This document shows positions 12,308 to 24,899 of a stretch of 64,000 nt of DNA, in pieces. Below the pieces are notes generated by a model. It searched no databases. It was not told the DNA's origin and saw only the letters and a list, made by a program, of their open reading frames with translations. The DNA is taken from positions 132,494,001 through 132,558,000 of the forward strand of contig OX597814.1 in the NCBI GenBank assembly GCA_951406725.2, in the 5' to 3' direction. Positions within the stretch are counted from its first letter, which is position 1. Each line of letters begins with the position of its first letter. Both the position numbers and the translations under genes were made by a program. This stretch comes from Octopus vulgaris. Taxonomy: Eukaryota.

Positions 12308-12835
12308 TTACAACTCATATTCGTCGCCGTTTCCTCCAGATATTACATCGACTTTCCGTGCGCACACACAGGCTGTGGCTACATCGATGACACTTGGTTT
12401 ATAAACGTACAGTCCATCAACACATTCAGTTGTACGTTTCAGGACAGTCATTGGAGTATACACCATCACACATTGATGGTTACTGTCAGAGTCCAGACAT
12501 TCTGTACAGCGACACACGACTTCTGTGCGTGATGGAGGAAAATATGTGGAATTGTGGGTAGTTTTCAGGTACCATGGGCAGGTTGAACGCTCGCGGATGA
12601 TATCAGTAGATACAGAAGATGTAGGGCAAGTTTTATCCCCTACGGTCAGTGCTTGTTGGTCACTTCCAGCTGGAGCTATTTCAGCTGGTAGAAAAAAGTT
12701 ATTGCCGATCGCTGTGTTGTATAGTTTCTCGTACTGAACTTTCAAGTCGTTTGGTATATTACATTGAGTCGGAATTGACGCCGAAGATATGAACAATACG
12801 ACGTTGGTGAGGAGAATTACAACCTGGAGGAGAAC
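12308..12835 (-). CDS. IL17: IL-17-like copy 2, exon 2 (gene complement join 15708..15722,12308..12835; 180 aa)
   Basis: Minus-strand acceptor ttttttatcacacag|GTTCTCCTCCAG. Reads VLLQVVILLTNVVLFISSAS..., in frame with ORF 12308..12796. All IL-17 Cys conserved. Confidence 0.92.
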   Translation of the reverse strand, partial: VLLQVVILLTNVVLFISSASIPTQCNIPNDLKVQYEKLYNTAIGNNFFLPAEIAPAGSDQQALTVGDKTCPTSSVSTDIIRERSTCPWYLKTTHNSTYFPPSRTEVVCRCTECLDSDSNHQCVMVYTPMTVLKRTTECVDGLYVYKPSVIDVATACVCARKVDVISGGNGDEYEL

Positions 12836-14123
12836 CTGTGTGATAAAAAATGTTTATGTTAAGTTGAGTAATTGCAGTTCAGAAATCAAGTATAATATAC
12901 TACTTGTATCGCTCACATCAACTCACTCACTTACTGACTGACTGACCTACTGACTGACTAACTGACTCACTCACTCACTCACTCACTCACTCACTCACTC
13001 ACTCACTCACTCACTCACTCGGTCATTCACTCATTCTCTCACTCTCTCAGTCTATTTGCCAAAGTATGTATGTGTGAATGCATTTTTAAATGTATGATTA
13101 TATACTTGTAAACATATGCATATTTCTATACACATGTATCTATTTATATTTGTATGTTTATATGTGTGCGTATGTGTGTGAGTGTATGTGTTACAATAGC
13201 ATAATAATTCTGATTGAGATAGGCATCATTAATTATAATATGAATTCGAAAATACAATCAACATCGTTAATATCATTAAAAAATACAATGTAGTTTTACA
13301 AATCTGTGCATTGAAATAGAAATACGATTACGTATAACAACACTATACACTGTTCTCGAATATTTGTATTAGACAATCCACAAATGAGTAATAGAAAACA
13401 GGAGAGAATACAATATTAAATCTCAAAATATTTCATATTCCGTAAGTTATGTGTAAATTAACCATTAACCTAAGTTCGCCTTCGTAACTCTTTATTATTT
13501 AATAGATTCTCTAGTGCAATTTATTCTTTTAAATAACGGTACTATTCATCGTTTATTATGTCATTAAATATATGTAGTCCCTTAAATTCAAGTATCCATA
13601 CCCAAAATAAGCTTAAACTAAGATAAAGTCAGCATAAACACATACTGTATAGAAAATACTACACCGATCTTATTGTTTTTTTTTTGTTGTTGTTGTTGCT
13701 GTTCTTCTTCTTCTTCTTCTTCTTATTATTATTATTATTCTTCTTCTTCTTATTATTATTATTAGGTGACTGCCTGGAATCGAACTCGGAAACTTGGAGT
13801 TAGTAGACAGCGCTAATTACCATTCACATACAAACAAAACGACCCTTCTGTCTTCCGCCCATCTTTCACCTCTACGCCTATGAATCTTCAATAGTCTCAT
13901 TATTAAACACTAATCTTGAAACTTATTCCTCCTCCCACTACCCTCTATTTAAATACCTCCAAATACACTTAGTTCTCCATAAGATCATTTCGTCCGGAAT
14001 ATCCATTCTGTCAACAGCTCAAATTTACGAGTGTATCCCTGAAAACTGAGGCTGGTATTATCCTAAGTTGTAATCAATTTAAAATATCTGTTTCTAATCT
14101 AAATAGCATATATATATATATAT

Positions 14124-14184
<61 letters not shown>

Positions 14185-14226
14185 CTGTACCAGATGAAGG
14201 ACCAAATTTGTTAAGTAAACTGTATT

Positions 14227-14263
<37 letters not shown>

Positions 14264-14741
14264 TCTACACATTTGCTTTCGTTTTGAAAAATACAACATT
14301 GAACAAAGGATATTCTAATATTTGAATGAAACCGTTTTACATTAATTTGTGGAACCAGTTACTCCTGTATGATAAAACTTAATATTTATTCAACTATCAA
14401 TCATTGAGATATTAGACTAAATCAATTGAAGATCAGGCAACAAACTCAGTGGTTGTCAGTTTGTATTCTATCATCTGTATCTTCAACACAAGAAAGTCTC
14501 TTTCTCAAGTATGGACCTTATGAAATTTTGCTCATATATGACCTAAGTTATATGATGTATAAAAACAAGTAATACACAAATAAAAATCTGTAAATATAAA
14601 ACCATCCGAATTTCTGAGTACCTTATTTCTTCTAATATAAAAAACCCGTACATCATCTCCAAACCTTCCAATATATATATATGTATATGTGTGTGTGTGT
14701 GTGTTTGTGTGTGTACATGTATACATATGTATATATATGTG

Positions 14742-14830
<89 letters not shown>

Positions 14831-14862
14831 CATATATATGTATGTATGTATGCATAAGGGGG

Positions 14863-14932
14863 TTACTCTTTTACTCTTTTACTTGTTTCAGTCATTTGAC
14901 TGCGGCCATGCTGGAGCACCGCCTTTATTTCT
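14863..14932 (-). mobile_element. SINE/LINE-type 3' tail joined to the U6 3' end
   Basis: Minus strand reads AGAAATAAAGGCGGTGCTCCAGCATGGCCGCAGTCAAATGACTGAAACAAGTAAAAGAGTAAAAGAGTAA. Degenerate copies without U6 occur at about 8540-8585, 8710-8760 and 28388-28435. Confidence 0.7.
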
Positions 14933-15029
14933 AAATATGGAACGCTTCACGAATTTGCGTGTCATCCTTGCGCAGGGGCCATGTTAATCTTCTCTGTATC
15001 GTTCCAATTTTAGCATATGTATTGCCGAA
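14933..15029 (-). pseudogene. RNU6: U6 snRNA copy (retropseudogene) in the IL17 copy 2 intron, same strand as the gene
   Basis: Minus strand reads TTCGGCAATACATATGCTAAAATTGGAACGATACAGAGAAGATTAACATGGCCCCTGCGCAAGGATGACACGCAAATTCGTGAAGCGTTCCATATTT, a near-exact metazoan U6. About 8 nt are missing at the 5' end, the ACAGAGA box is intact, the catalytic AGC triad reads AAC, and there are only 3 terminal T. Confidence 0.93.
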
Positions 15030-15115
15030 CTAATTTTTTTTCCTAAAAAGCTTTTTAAACCTCTATGTACAGAGTTTATGAAACTTTTTAAAAGATAATT
15101 TTGAGGGCCTATATC

Positions 15116-15270
15116 TCAGTGGTTAGAGCATCTGTCTCATAATCATGGGGTAAAACATTCGATTTCCGTGCCGGGCTGTGTTTTGTGTTCTTAAGCAAAA
15201 CCCTTTATATGGCGTTGCTCTATTTCCCTCAGCTCTGGTGCTAAGTGGTGTCGGCCTTTGCCTTTACCTA
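15116..15270 (+). mobile_element. tRNA-derived SINE relic in the IL17 copy 2 intron
   Basis: A-box-like ctcagtggttagagca and B-box-like ttcgatttcc. Homologous to the intronic SINE of the plus copies; also at about 35359-35480. Confidence 0.6.
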
Positions 15271-15707
15271 TTCAACAATCGGTTGGCGTGGAGAGGGGAA
15301 TCTGGTATGCACTGGCCGGACTTAATTCTTTGGTGAAGAATATTCTTGGAAGAATCCCTTGGACATTCAGGACGAAAGGTTTAATTTCTTTTAATCAAGA
15401 AATAACTAAAGAGATAGGGAAATGAATACACAGTTTACGTGCTACATATCCTTTTGTTTTAAGTTTCTTTATATCATTTGCACAAATTCTACTTGTAGGA
15501 AAACATATATCAACCGATGATAAAAATATATATGTAGAATTAAATTAATATACCACCGCCATAGAAATACGTATCACATGTATAGTACTAATCTGCGTTA
15601 AGTACATAAGCAAAATGCTGCACTCATTCCTATGAATGATAGAAGAGTAAGCAAAGACATAAGACTGAACATATTACAGTTGATATTAACAAGGTTTGTC
15701 TACTTAC

Positions 15708-15722
15708 GTTGGTGGTATTCAT
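15708..15722 (-). CDS. IL17: IL-17-like copy 2, coding exon 1 (MNTTN)
   Basis: Reverse complement is ATG AAT ACC ACC AAC|GTAAGT (acttac at 15702-15707). Confidence 0.85.
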
Positions 15723-15854
15723 GATAATGGATGGTCACTTGGAATGGAAAGGATGGCAATCGTAGTATATATGTATGTATTTTCAGAGAAATCTTGAGAG
15801 TGCTAGTTTATCAAAATGATATTTCTTGTGATGATTACAGCTCATCTGTGATTA

Positions 15855-15974
15855 CTTATATATAATATTTTCATCGTGGAATTACCATATGTCACAAAGA
15901 TTAATGAAAATTTTAAAAATTATAAATATAAACAGGAGGAACTAACACAGTTACGGAAAATATTTGCTTCCGGT
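15855..15974 (-). promoter_or_regulatory. IL17 copy 2 promoter (TATA, kB-like, ETS)
   Basis: cttatatata at 15855-15864, tggaattacc at 15877-15886, gcttccggt at 15966-15974. Confidence 0.58.
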
Positions 15975-16214
15975 AATGTGAAGGATCTGGTATTAAGTGA
16001 AATAAATTGTGATCTATATAAATTGCAGAGCGTTTGAAGTAACCAGGACATGGTTTATGTTGTGTTTCCTCTTTTACCTGTTAATCGGGTGTGGAAAGTT
16101 GAGAAGTGTCTTAAGACACAGGAACATAGGCACAATGAAGTAAGGTATTGAGTAATTTTCCCATCTATTTTCAAAATATTTTATTATTTCTCTTATCTAT
16201 CTATCTATCTATCT

Positions 16215-18059
16215 GTATTGACTCTTGAGCCACTACTGCGGAAGCTGGCAACTCTGAGGGGCATCCCGCGAGAATTGGGATGCGGGACGAGCGTGTCTGC
16301 ATACGTGGACGACGTCACCGTCATAGTGTCAAGCCACGAGCACATCGAGTGGGTTGGCGAGACACTGAAAGACTACGAAGCGGTGACAGGAGCAAAAATC
16401 AACCGGGAAAAGTCAGTGGGCTTGCGGCTCGGCACCTGGAGAAGCAAGCCCATGCCGTCCACCAGTACCTCCGTCGTGGGACGCTGGACAGACGGCCCGG
16501 TTGAGTTGCTCGGGGTCTGGTTCGGTCCGGACCTCCAAATGGAGAAGAACTGGAACGAGATAAAGAGTAGGGTGGTCACTCTTGCCCAGCAATGGGCCGA
16601 GAGGAAACTGTCTCTAAAAGGTCGGGCGGAGGTGGCGAACGCGTACATCGCGTCCATAATCTACTACCGCCTGACCGTCGTACCTTGCCCCGACCCTACC
16701 ATCACCAAACTAGAACGCATCCTCTTCCGCTTCTTGTGGAAAGGATGCGTCCCGATGGTCAGGCGATCCATTTGCTGTCAACACCCGTTAAAAGGAGGGC
16801 TGGGCATGCCGTGGTTGATGATGCGCAGACACGCGCTGAGACTGCGACATCTCCGGCTCTATGTAGACGACGGTGAACAGGTGTAGTCGCCGTTTGTGAG
16901 GCACGCATTCCCGCAACTCGTCTCCATGACCGAACTACAGTCGTGGATCAAAAAGAGGCCGAGGAAAGGCGAATGGCACCGCGAGTGTCGCGTTGCTCTC
17001 AAGCAACTCTGCCGTCCCGGGTCGACCTTGAGTGACTTCAACACAACCAAAGCATTCTATAGGGGGATTAGTGGAGGGGAGGTACGACGACGATCTCGGG
17101 GCAAACCTAGGCGTCGACGAGGAATACCTGACCCGCCAGTTTCAAACGACTTTCGACCCGGGACCTATGGACAACTTCCAGAGATCCCTGGCCTGGCGGT
17201 GCTACCGAGAAGCGCTACCCGTTCGGGATAAGCTCTATAGGCATGGCTCGAGAAACACTGGGCCGACCTGCCCGAGATGCGGGCAGAGCGACGAAACCGC
17301 TCTGCACGCACTCGTGCAGTGTCCAGAAATTTCCGACCTGTGGGCTTATGTCGAACGACTGCTGTCACGTGTGGGACGTGTCGGTTTATCAGCCGAGTCT
17401 ATCGTTAATATCGTCACGCCTCCTTCCTTCAAACGGGAAGGAAGAGCTATTTTTATCATGCTTGTGGCTATGGCGAAAGAATGTGTCTGGTGGACGCGCC
17501 TGAAAGGATTAGAGACAAACACTTTCCTCTCTGGTCAATCTCTCATCAACTTCTTCAAATATCACTTGAAGAGGAAAGTGAGAGTAGAGAGGCAAGTTTT
17601 GTCTAGTGAATGTTTTAAAAAAAGATGGGTGAATGTAGCAAGGATGGCACGTATGAATGACGAAGCCACCTTGACTATGATTCTATGAACCGTAAAAATT
17701 AATACAGAGAGTTGCTTATTTGCAAAAAAAAATAAAAGAAAGAAATATAACATGTGACTTCATTGACCGTGGTTACCGTGGTCTTTTCCGTAGGCTTTTC
17801 CTTCCACGGGTAAACCTCACCTGTCCTCCCCTTTAAACTTCATATTGACATTTCTGTGATTACGATCCCTATTGATCAACTTTTTTTTTCCTCCCCTTTT
17901 CTTTTTTTTTCCCTCTCCCCCCTTTTTTTGTCCTCTTTCTTTCCTTTTACGATCCCTTTTGATCGAAAACCAACCCCCTTTTTTTTACCCCCAAAAGAAA
18001 AGCTTTACCTTGTAATTTGTTCTGTCTGTGTGCAGCCCTGTGTGGCTAATAAAGAAACA
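16215..18059 (+). mobile_element. 5'-truncated Tx1/L1-like LINE (RT C-terminal half, zf-RVT, 3' UTR) inserted in (TATC)n
   Basis: Motifs LEPLLRKL...SAYVDDVTV...GAKINREKS...LGVWFG...GGLGMP and CPRCGQSDETALHALVQC. Premature TAG at 16884, +1 G frameshift near 17062, pyrimidine-rich 3' UTR and AATAAA. Flanked on both sides by (TATC)n. Confidence 0.9.
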
Positions 18060-18621
<562 letters not shown>

Positions 18622-18790
18622 TATACATATATACATATATATATATGTGTATACAAATATATATATATATTTATATATGTATAAATTTATATATATATGT
18701 TTATACATATAGACATATATGTATAAACATACATACACACACACATATATATACAAATATACATTCCTATACATATACATATATATATTT

Positions 18791-18845
<55 letters not shown>

Positions 18846-19709
18846 TATGTAGTCACGTAAATGACCTATGGCCCGAACCATCACCACTATTGATTGAGAT
18901 ATGCTTAAAACAACACAATAGCCACAGACTGACACCCTCGTAGCTAGTTTCATGAAAGACACGAAACTGGTTATTAGTATATTTTGGTTGGTAACTGAGG
19001 ATGGCTCAATGTCCTTGTTTGTTGTACTATTTGTACGTTTTGTAGTATTTAACTCATGTTTGTGTGCGCGCGCCGGCGTGTGTGTGTTTGTGTGTTATGG
19101 GGAAAATATTCTTGAGAAACAAAAACAGAATTCAGCGAAATGCTCCATGGAAAATATATCAACCAATATTAAACTTTCAACAGAAAGAAACAAGTAGGTA
19201 TTTCTTTATAAAAAAATTACTAATATTTCTTAAAAGTATTTACTAAATGGCATTTTGTTGCCCTTCTTAAAACATTTGTCAGTTTGAGTTTACAATGTAT
19301 CTAAATACCATGCTACACACAACTATAGACCTTAAATTTAAAGAGACTGAATTCGGTCAAGAAATTGTCAGTAGATTGAGGTCAATGTCAATAGTCAATC
19401 GCTAATATCAAATCACATTGAATATAATGAAAAATGTTTGCGGAATAGCTATACAGAATATAGACTGAATTCGTCTAAGTTTAACCACTTAAATAGTCAT
19501 TTCAGCTAAGTCATCATATATTATTACTTCTCTTTGAATAATTATTTTTTTACTATTTTTATTTATTTTTAATTAAGCAAATCTTATTGTTTGCTTCAAT
19601 GTTAGATAAATAATATTTGTAATGATTGTGATTATAAATATATTTTTTTATATAAGGAGCAGAAGAGTGACATGTGTTCATATGAAGACTTGCACTATTC
19701 AGCTTTGAG

Positions 19710-20030
19710 AGGGCCGCTTCGTTTTATGGCCAATATAAATGTTGTTGTTTTTCAAAAGGATAATGAAAACCGCATGTTTCCTTGGGAATCACACAAAAAT
19801 TGCCCCAATCGGCTGGGATGAGGTACCCCACTCTCGATATTCACCAGATATTGCTCCTTCGGATTTGCACTCATTCAGATCTCTGCAGAAAAGACTTAAT
19901 GGTAAAAACTTCAATACCTTGCCATGAAACCACCTCAGTTGTGGGAGAGCGTATTTTCAAGTTAAAGGAAAGATGGAGAGGCATTGTGCAAGAAAATGGT
20001 TCATATTTGGGGGATTGAAAATGTAATGGG
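19710..20030 (+). mobile_element. Decayed mariner fragment (unit 2 copy)
   Basis: ORF 19739..19927 contains VPHSRYSPDIAPSDLHSFRSLQ. Confidence 0.75.
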
Positions 20031-20083
20031 AAGTATTTATTCCTTTGAAAATAGGCACGTACTTTCTAGACGTCCCAATATAA

Positions 20084-20118
<35 letters not shown>

Positions 20119-20171
20119 TGTATGTATGTATGTATGTATGTATGTATGTATGTATGTATATATATCTGTAT

Positions 20172-20221
<50 letters not shown>

Positions 20222-20251
20222 ATTTGTATATATACATATATTTGTATATTT

Positions 20252-20306
<55 letters not shown>

Positions 20307-20654
20307 TTATATATATATGTGTATATGCGTGTCTGCATGCATATATATATATATATGTATCTATACAAAGAGATAGATAGATAGATAGATAGATAGGTAG
20401 ATAGATAGATAGATAGATAGATATATAGATATGCAACAGAAATGATAAATTATATTAAAAATAGATTCGGAAAGTTCTTAAGACAATATTTTACTATGCC
20501 TATGTTCCTGCGTATTAAGACAAATCACAATGAACCACACCCGCCTAACAGGTAAAAGAGGAAACAAATCGTATACCATGTCCTGGTTCCTTCAGGCGCT
20601 CTGCAATTTATATAGATCACAATATATTTCACTTAATATCTGATCTTTCACATT

Positions 20655-20770
20655 ACCGGAAGTAAATTTTTCTTTCAATTTGTTAGTTCCTGCTGTTTAT
20701 ATTTATATTTTAGTTTTCATTAATCTGTGTGACATATGGTAATTCCACGGTAAAAATATTATATATAAGT
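20655..20770 (+). promoter_or_regulatory. IL17 copy 3 promoter (ETS, kB-like, TATA)
   Basis: ACCGGAAGT at 20655-20663, GGTAATTCCA at 20738-20747, TATATATAAG at about 20760-20769. Confidence 0.58.
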
Positions 20771-20902
20771 AATCTCAGAGGAGATGTTATCATCACAAGC
20801 GAATATCATTTTGATAAACTCGCACGCTCAAGATTTATCTGTAAATACATACATATATACTACGATTGTCATCCTTTCCATTCCAAGTGACCATACTTTA
20901 TA

Positions 20903-20917
20903 ATGAATACCACCAAC
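20903..20917 (+). CDS. IL17: IL-17-like copy 3, coding exon 1 (MNTTN)
   Basis: ATG AAT ACC ACC AAC|GTAAGT. Confidence 0.85.
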
Positions 20918-22020
20918 GTAAGTAGACGAACCTTGTTAATATCAACTGTAATATTTATATCTTCAGTCTTATGTCTATGCTTACTCTTCTATCATTCATA
21001 GGAATGAGTGAATCATTTTGCTTATGTTCTTTACGCAGATTGGTACTATACATATGATACGTATTTCTATGGCTGTGGTATATTGATCTAATTCTGTGCT
21101 TTCATATATATATATATATACATATTCAATATATATATATATATTTATAAATGGCACCGTTTTTTTCATAACTCTTTTAAACAAATTTAATTCTTTAATC
21201 TCACTTCTAAATTAAGTAAAATTGTAGTTGGGTGTCCGAGAGCACACATTTGACAGGTGTTAAAGGAGAATTTGTGCAAAAGATTTAAAGAACCTTAAAA
21301 CAGAAGGATATGAAGCACATAAACTCTGTATTCATTCCCTCTCTATTTAATTATTTATTGGTTAAAGTAAATAACACCTTTGATCTTGAATGTCCAAGGT
21401 ATTCTTCCAAGAAGATTCCTCATCTAAGTATCAAATCCGACCAGTACATAGAAGAATCCGATCTCTAGGCCATCGATAGTTTAATAGATGAAGGTAAATG
21501 CCGACACCGCTTAGCACCAGTGACAACATACCTCAATTACACAGCTTAGGGGAGTAGAGCAACGCGAAATAAGATGTTTTGGTTAAGAACACAAAACACA
21601 GCCCGGCACGGAATTCGATACATATATATATATATATTATTTCTTACTTTATTTTTGTAATTTTTATTTTTGTAGCTTTTAATTTTTAACTTTTTATTTG
21701 AATTTTTATCTGAATTATGGCTTGTACTGTACGGTCCAGCGGACCTAATTTAAACATACCTATTTTACACGTACTTAAGTGTTTTAAAAAATTCAAATAT
21801 AGCTTATAGTATTAAACGATGATAAAGTGATATAAAGGCCTAATGATTGGGTGAGTTTCTCAGCCAGTCAGTCATTCAGTCAGTAGGTCAGTCAGTCAGT
21901 AAGTGAACGAGTTGATGTGAGCGATACAAGTAGTATATTATACTTCATTTCGTTTATTCATTTAGCTGTGTGTCATATTGAACCGTAATTACTCATTTTC
22001 ACATAATTTATATCTCGCAG

Positions 22021-22548
22021 GTTCTCCAAGTTGCGATATTCCTCCTCACCAACGTCGTATTCTTCATATCCTCGGCGTCAATTCCGACTCAATGTAATAT
22101 ACCAAACGACTTGAAAGTTCAGTACGAGAAACTCTACAACGCAGCGATCGGCAATAACTTTTTTCTACCAGCTGAAATATCTCCAGCGGGAAGTGACCAA
22201 CAAGCACTGACCGTAGGGGATAAAACTTGCCCAACATCTTCTGTATCTACTGATGTCATTCGCGAGCGTTCAACCTGCCCATGGTACCTGAAAATTACCC
22301 ACAATTCCACATATTTTCCTCCATCACGCACAGAAGTCGTGTGTCGTTGTACAGACTGTCTGGACTCTGACAGTAACCATCAATGCGTGATGGTGTATAC
22401 TCCAATGACTGTTCTGAAACGTATAGCTGAATGTGTTGATGGACTGTACGTTTATAAACCAAGTGTCATCGAGGTTTCTACAGCCTGTGTGTGCGCACGG
22501 AAAGTCGATGTAATATCTGGAGGAAATGACGATGAATATGAATCGTAA
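22021..22548 (+). CDS. IL17: IL-17-like copy 3, exon 2 (gene join 20903..20917,22021..22548; 180 aa)
   Basis: Acceptor tatctcgcag|GTT at 22020/22021. Reads VLQVAIFLLTNVVFFISSAS, in frame with ORF 22111..22548. Cys pattern intact. Confidence 0.92.
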   Translation, partial: VLQVAIFLLTNVVFFISSASIPTQCNIPNDLKVQYEKLYNAAIGNNFFLPAEISPAGSDQQALTVGDKTCPTSSVSTDVIRERSTCPWYLKITHNSTYFPPSRTEVVCRCTDCLDSDSNHQCVMVYTPMTVLKRIAECVDGLYVYKPSVIEVSTACVCARKVDVISGGNDDEYES

Positions 22549-23890
22549 TATCGGACAACATCATCAAACATTTAAATGTGTGTAACACAAAAGTTTTTCA
22601 TAATGTTATGGAAGTTTAAGTAAACCACTGTGTGGTTGTTATAAGTAACATATACGAACCATGCACGCACACAAATTATACAAGCGTATATATTTAAATA
22701 GGTGCTCTTACGCTATTTCTTTCTTTCGCTGTCATTCGCTCTCTCGCTCTCTCATTGTGTTTATAGATACACACAACACACACACACACACACAAACACA
22801 CCTACAAAATCACTCACGCATGCACATATACATACAAATATAAATATATACGTGTATATAGAATTATGCATAAATTTACATGCATTCATTTAAAAAATAC
22901 ATTCATACATACATTTACAAAAGACAGATCTCTAAATGAAATATTTTTCTTGCTATTTTGTTTTTCTATTTTGTAAAGAATGTAGGGAACTCTTATCTTG
23001 CCTACCATCATATTTAACTCAAGTAACATTTCCTTTTTTTAACCTAAGCCTATATCAGGATTCTTTATATATAAATAATTGAAACCGATAAATGGTGTTG
23101 AATGAATTTACATATACGTTACATGTTCCTAACACTAAATACTTCGATATTCATGGTTTACTCATTATAAGTATCAACAATGAATAGAAATACAGAGACC
23201 TGCATACACATGAAAGTGCACATGTTATCTTACTTTACTGGCATTCTGATAATAATGGTAATAATTCTGGTTATAATGAACAATATTTTATTCCATTTGA
23301 GTAACATTTCAAAAATACAGGAAGAATATTCATAAATGTTAAGTGCATTAACTTGAGGCAGTGCATATCTGACTGTCATTTTGTTTTATATTTAATTACA
23401 TAAATGAGAGGTAGAATTACAGCCGTTTCATAAATTTCTTCATGTATTAATTTCACTATGCAACGATTTATACTTACATGCTTTCGTTCATATCATTGCT
23501 CATCCTTTTACAAATCAATTTTATATTCACAAATTGATTGAAATAAAGAAAGCGTCCTTGCATATTTGACATGACACTACGTTGTAATTGATGATCATGT
23601 GAACTGATAGAGATTACTGTGATAGCCGCTAGGTTCTCAGAACCCACATCCATATCATATAGTTACTTAAACATTAGTACTCAGTCCCCCAGAAAATTAA
23701 CACACATAATAACGTTTATGTAATATTTACATAAATATTTAATTCTAACTAATACATAACTTTGAAACAAAATATATATAAGCATTTTTGCATATATTTA
23801 AACATAAATTCATATATGTATGTTAGCAAATGTAGGCTAATGTTTGTGTGTATGCTTATTTGCAGGCAAACATGCACCTTCACACACACG

Positions 23891-23929
<39 letters not shown>

Positions 23930-24704
23930 ACACACATATATATATGTCATAATAACTGAATAAAAAATTTTTTCAAGATAAACTATTTAATTTTTCTATG
24001 TATATACTTACAATTATATTTATCATCCGTAGATTGATTGTAAAACTGTTTAAATATATAATTCTCTTGCTTTTCCATAATGCGAATCCTAAGACATATA
24101 TATGTTAATTTGTATCATATATTTATTGTATTGTAAACAATTGGATTGTAATATCAATAAAAAGTTTATTTCAATACATAACGTGTCCTTTGCTATGTTC
24201 ATATTTTCATTCTCTGACTTGAATAAAACCTGTTAACCTCCACTCACTGACTGTATTAGACGCTGAACATGAATGAATACACTATACCCTAAAAATATGC
24301 AGTTAAATTTACTGAAGCAGTTTTCCTGCTACACTCTGGAGGGAAAAGCCCTGCAATCATATGAAATTTCGGGCACTTCACAATCGGTCGAACATCAGGC
24401 TAAAATCGGAATACACTAACCCAGAAGGTACTACACTAATTGCACCAAATCCTGTACTACTTACCTTTCTTACACATAATCTTTTTGACTCAGGGACTAG
24501 TAGACCAGACACCGTTTAGTATTCGGTGTGCATTCAAAGCAATGATTAGTAATTTTCGACACCGTTATGCTTTTGAATCTCTTTAACAATTCACAATAAT
24601 GACTTTTCATCATTTAATTCCTACCTCAGTTCATCTAATTGCATATATCTATCTTTAGTTTTCATTACAATCCATTCTTTTTAATTCCCCCATATATATA
24701 TGTA

Positions 24705-24751
<47 letters not shown>

Positions 24752-24899
24752 TATATATTGACTTGACCGGTTTCACATTTTCAAAAAAAGATTATCAAAA
24801 GTAAAATATAAAACTTTGTATAAGCTTTGTTGTGTTATATTTAAATACAGTTTTTTGATAATGATGAGAAAATGATAAGAAGGTCTTTGAAAAGTGTAA

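Noticed and set aside
14933-15029. Functional U6 snRNA gene
   Set aside because: The 5' stem is truncated, the catalytic AGC reads AAC, there is no 4-5 T terminator, and the upstream DNA is ordinary IL17 intron. Treated as a retrocopy.
15116-15190. tRNA gene (also 18177-18250, 38419-38490 and 51452-51520)
   Set aside because: A/B boxes are present but there is no complete cloverleaf, and each continues into a SINE body.
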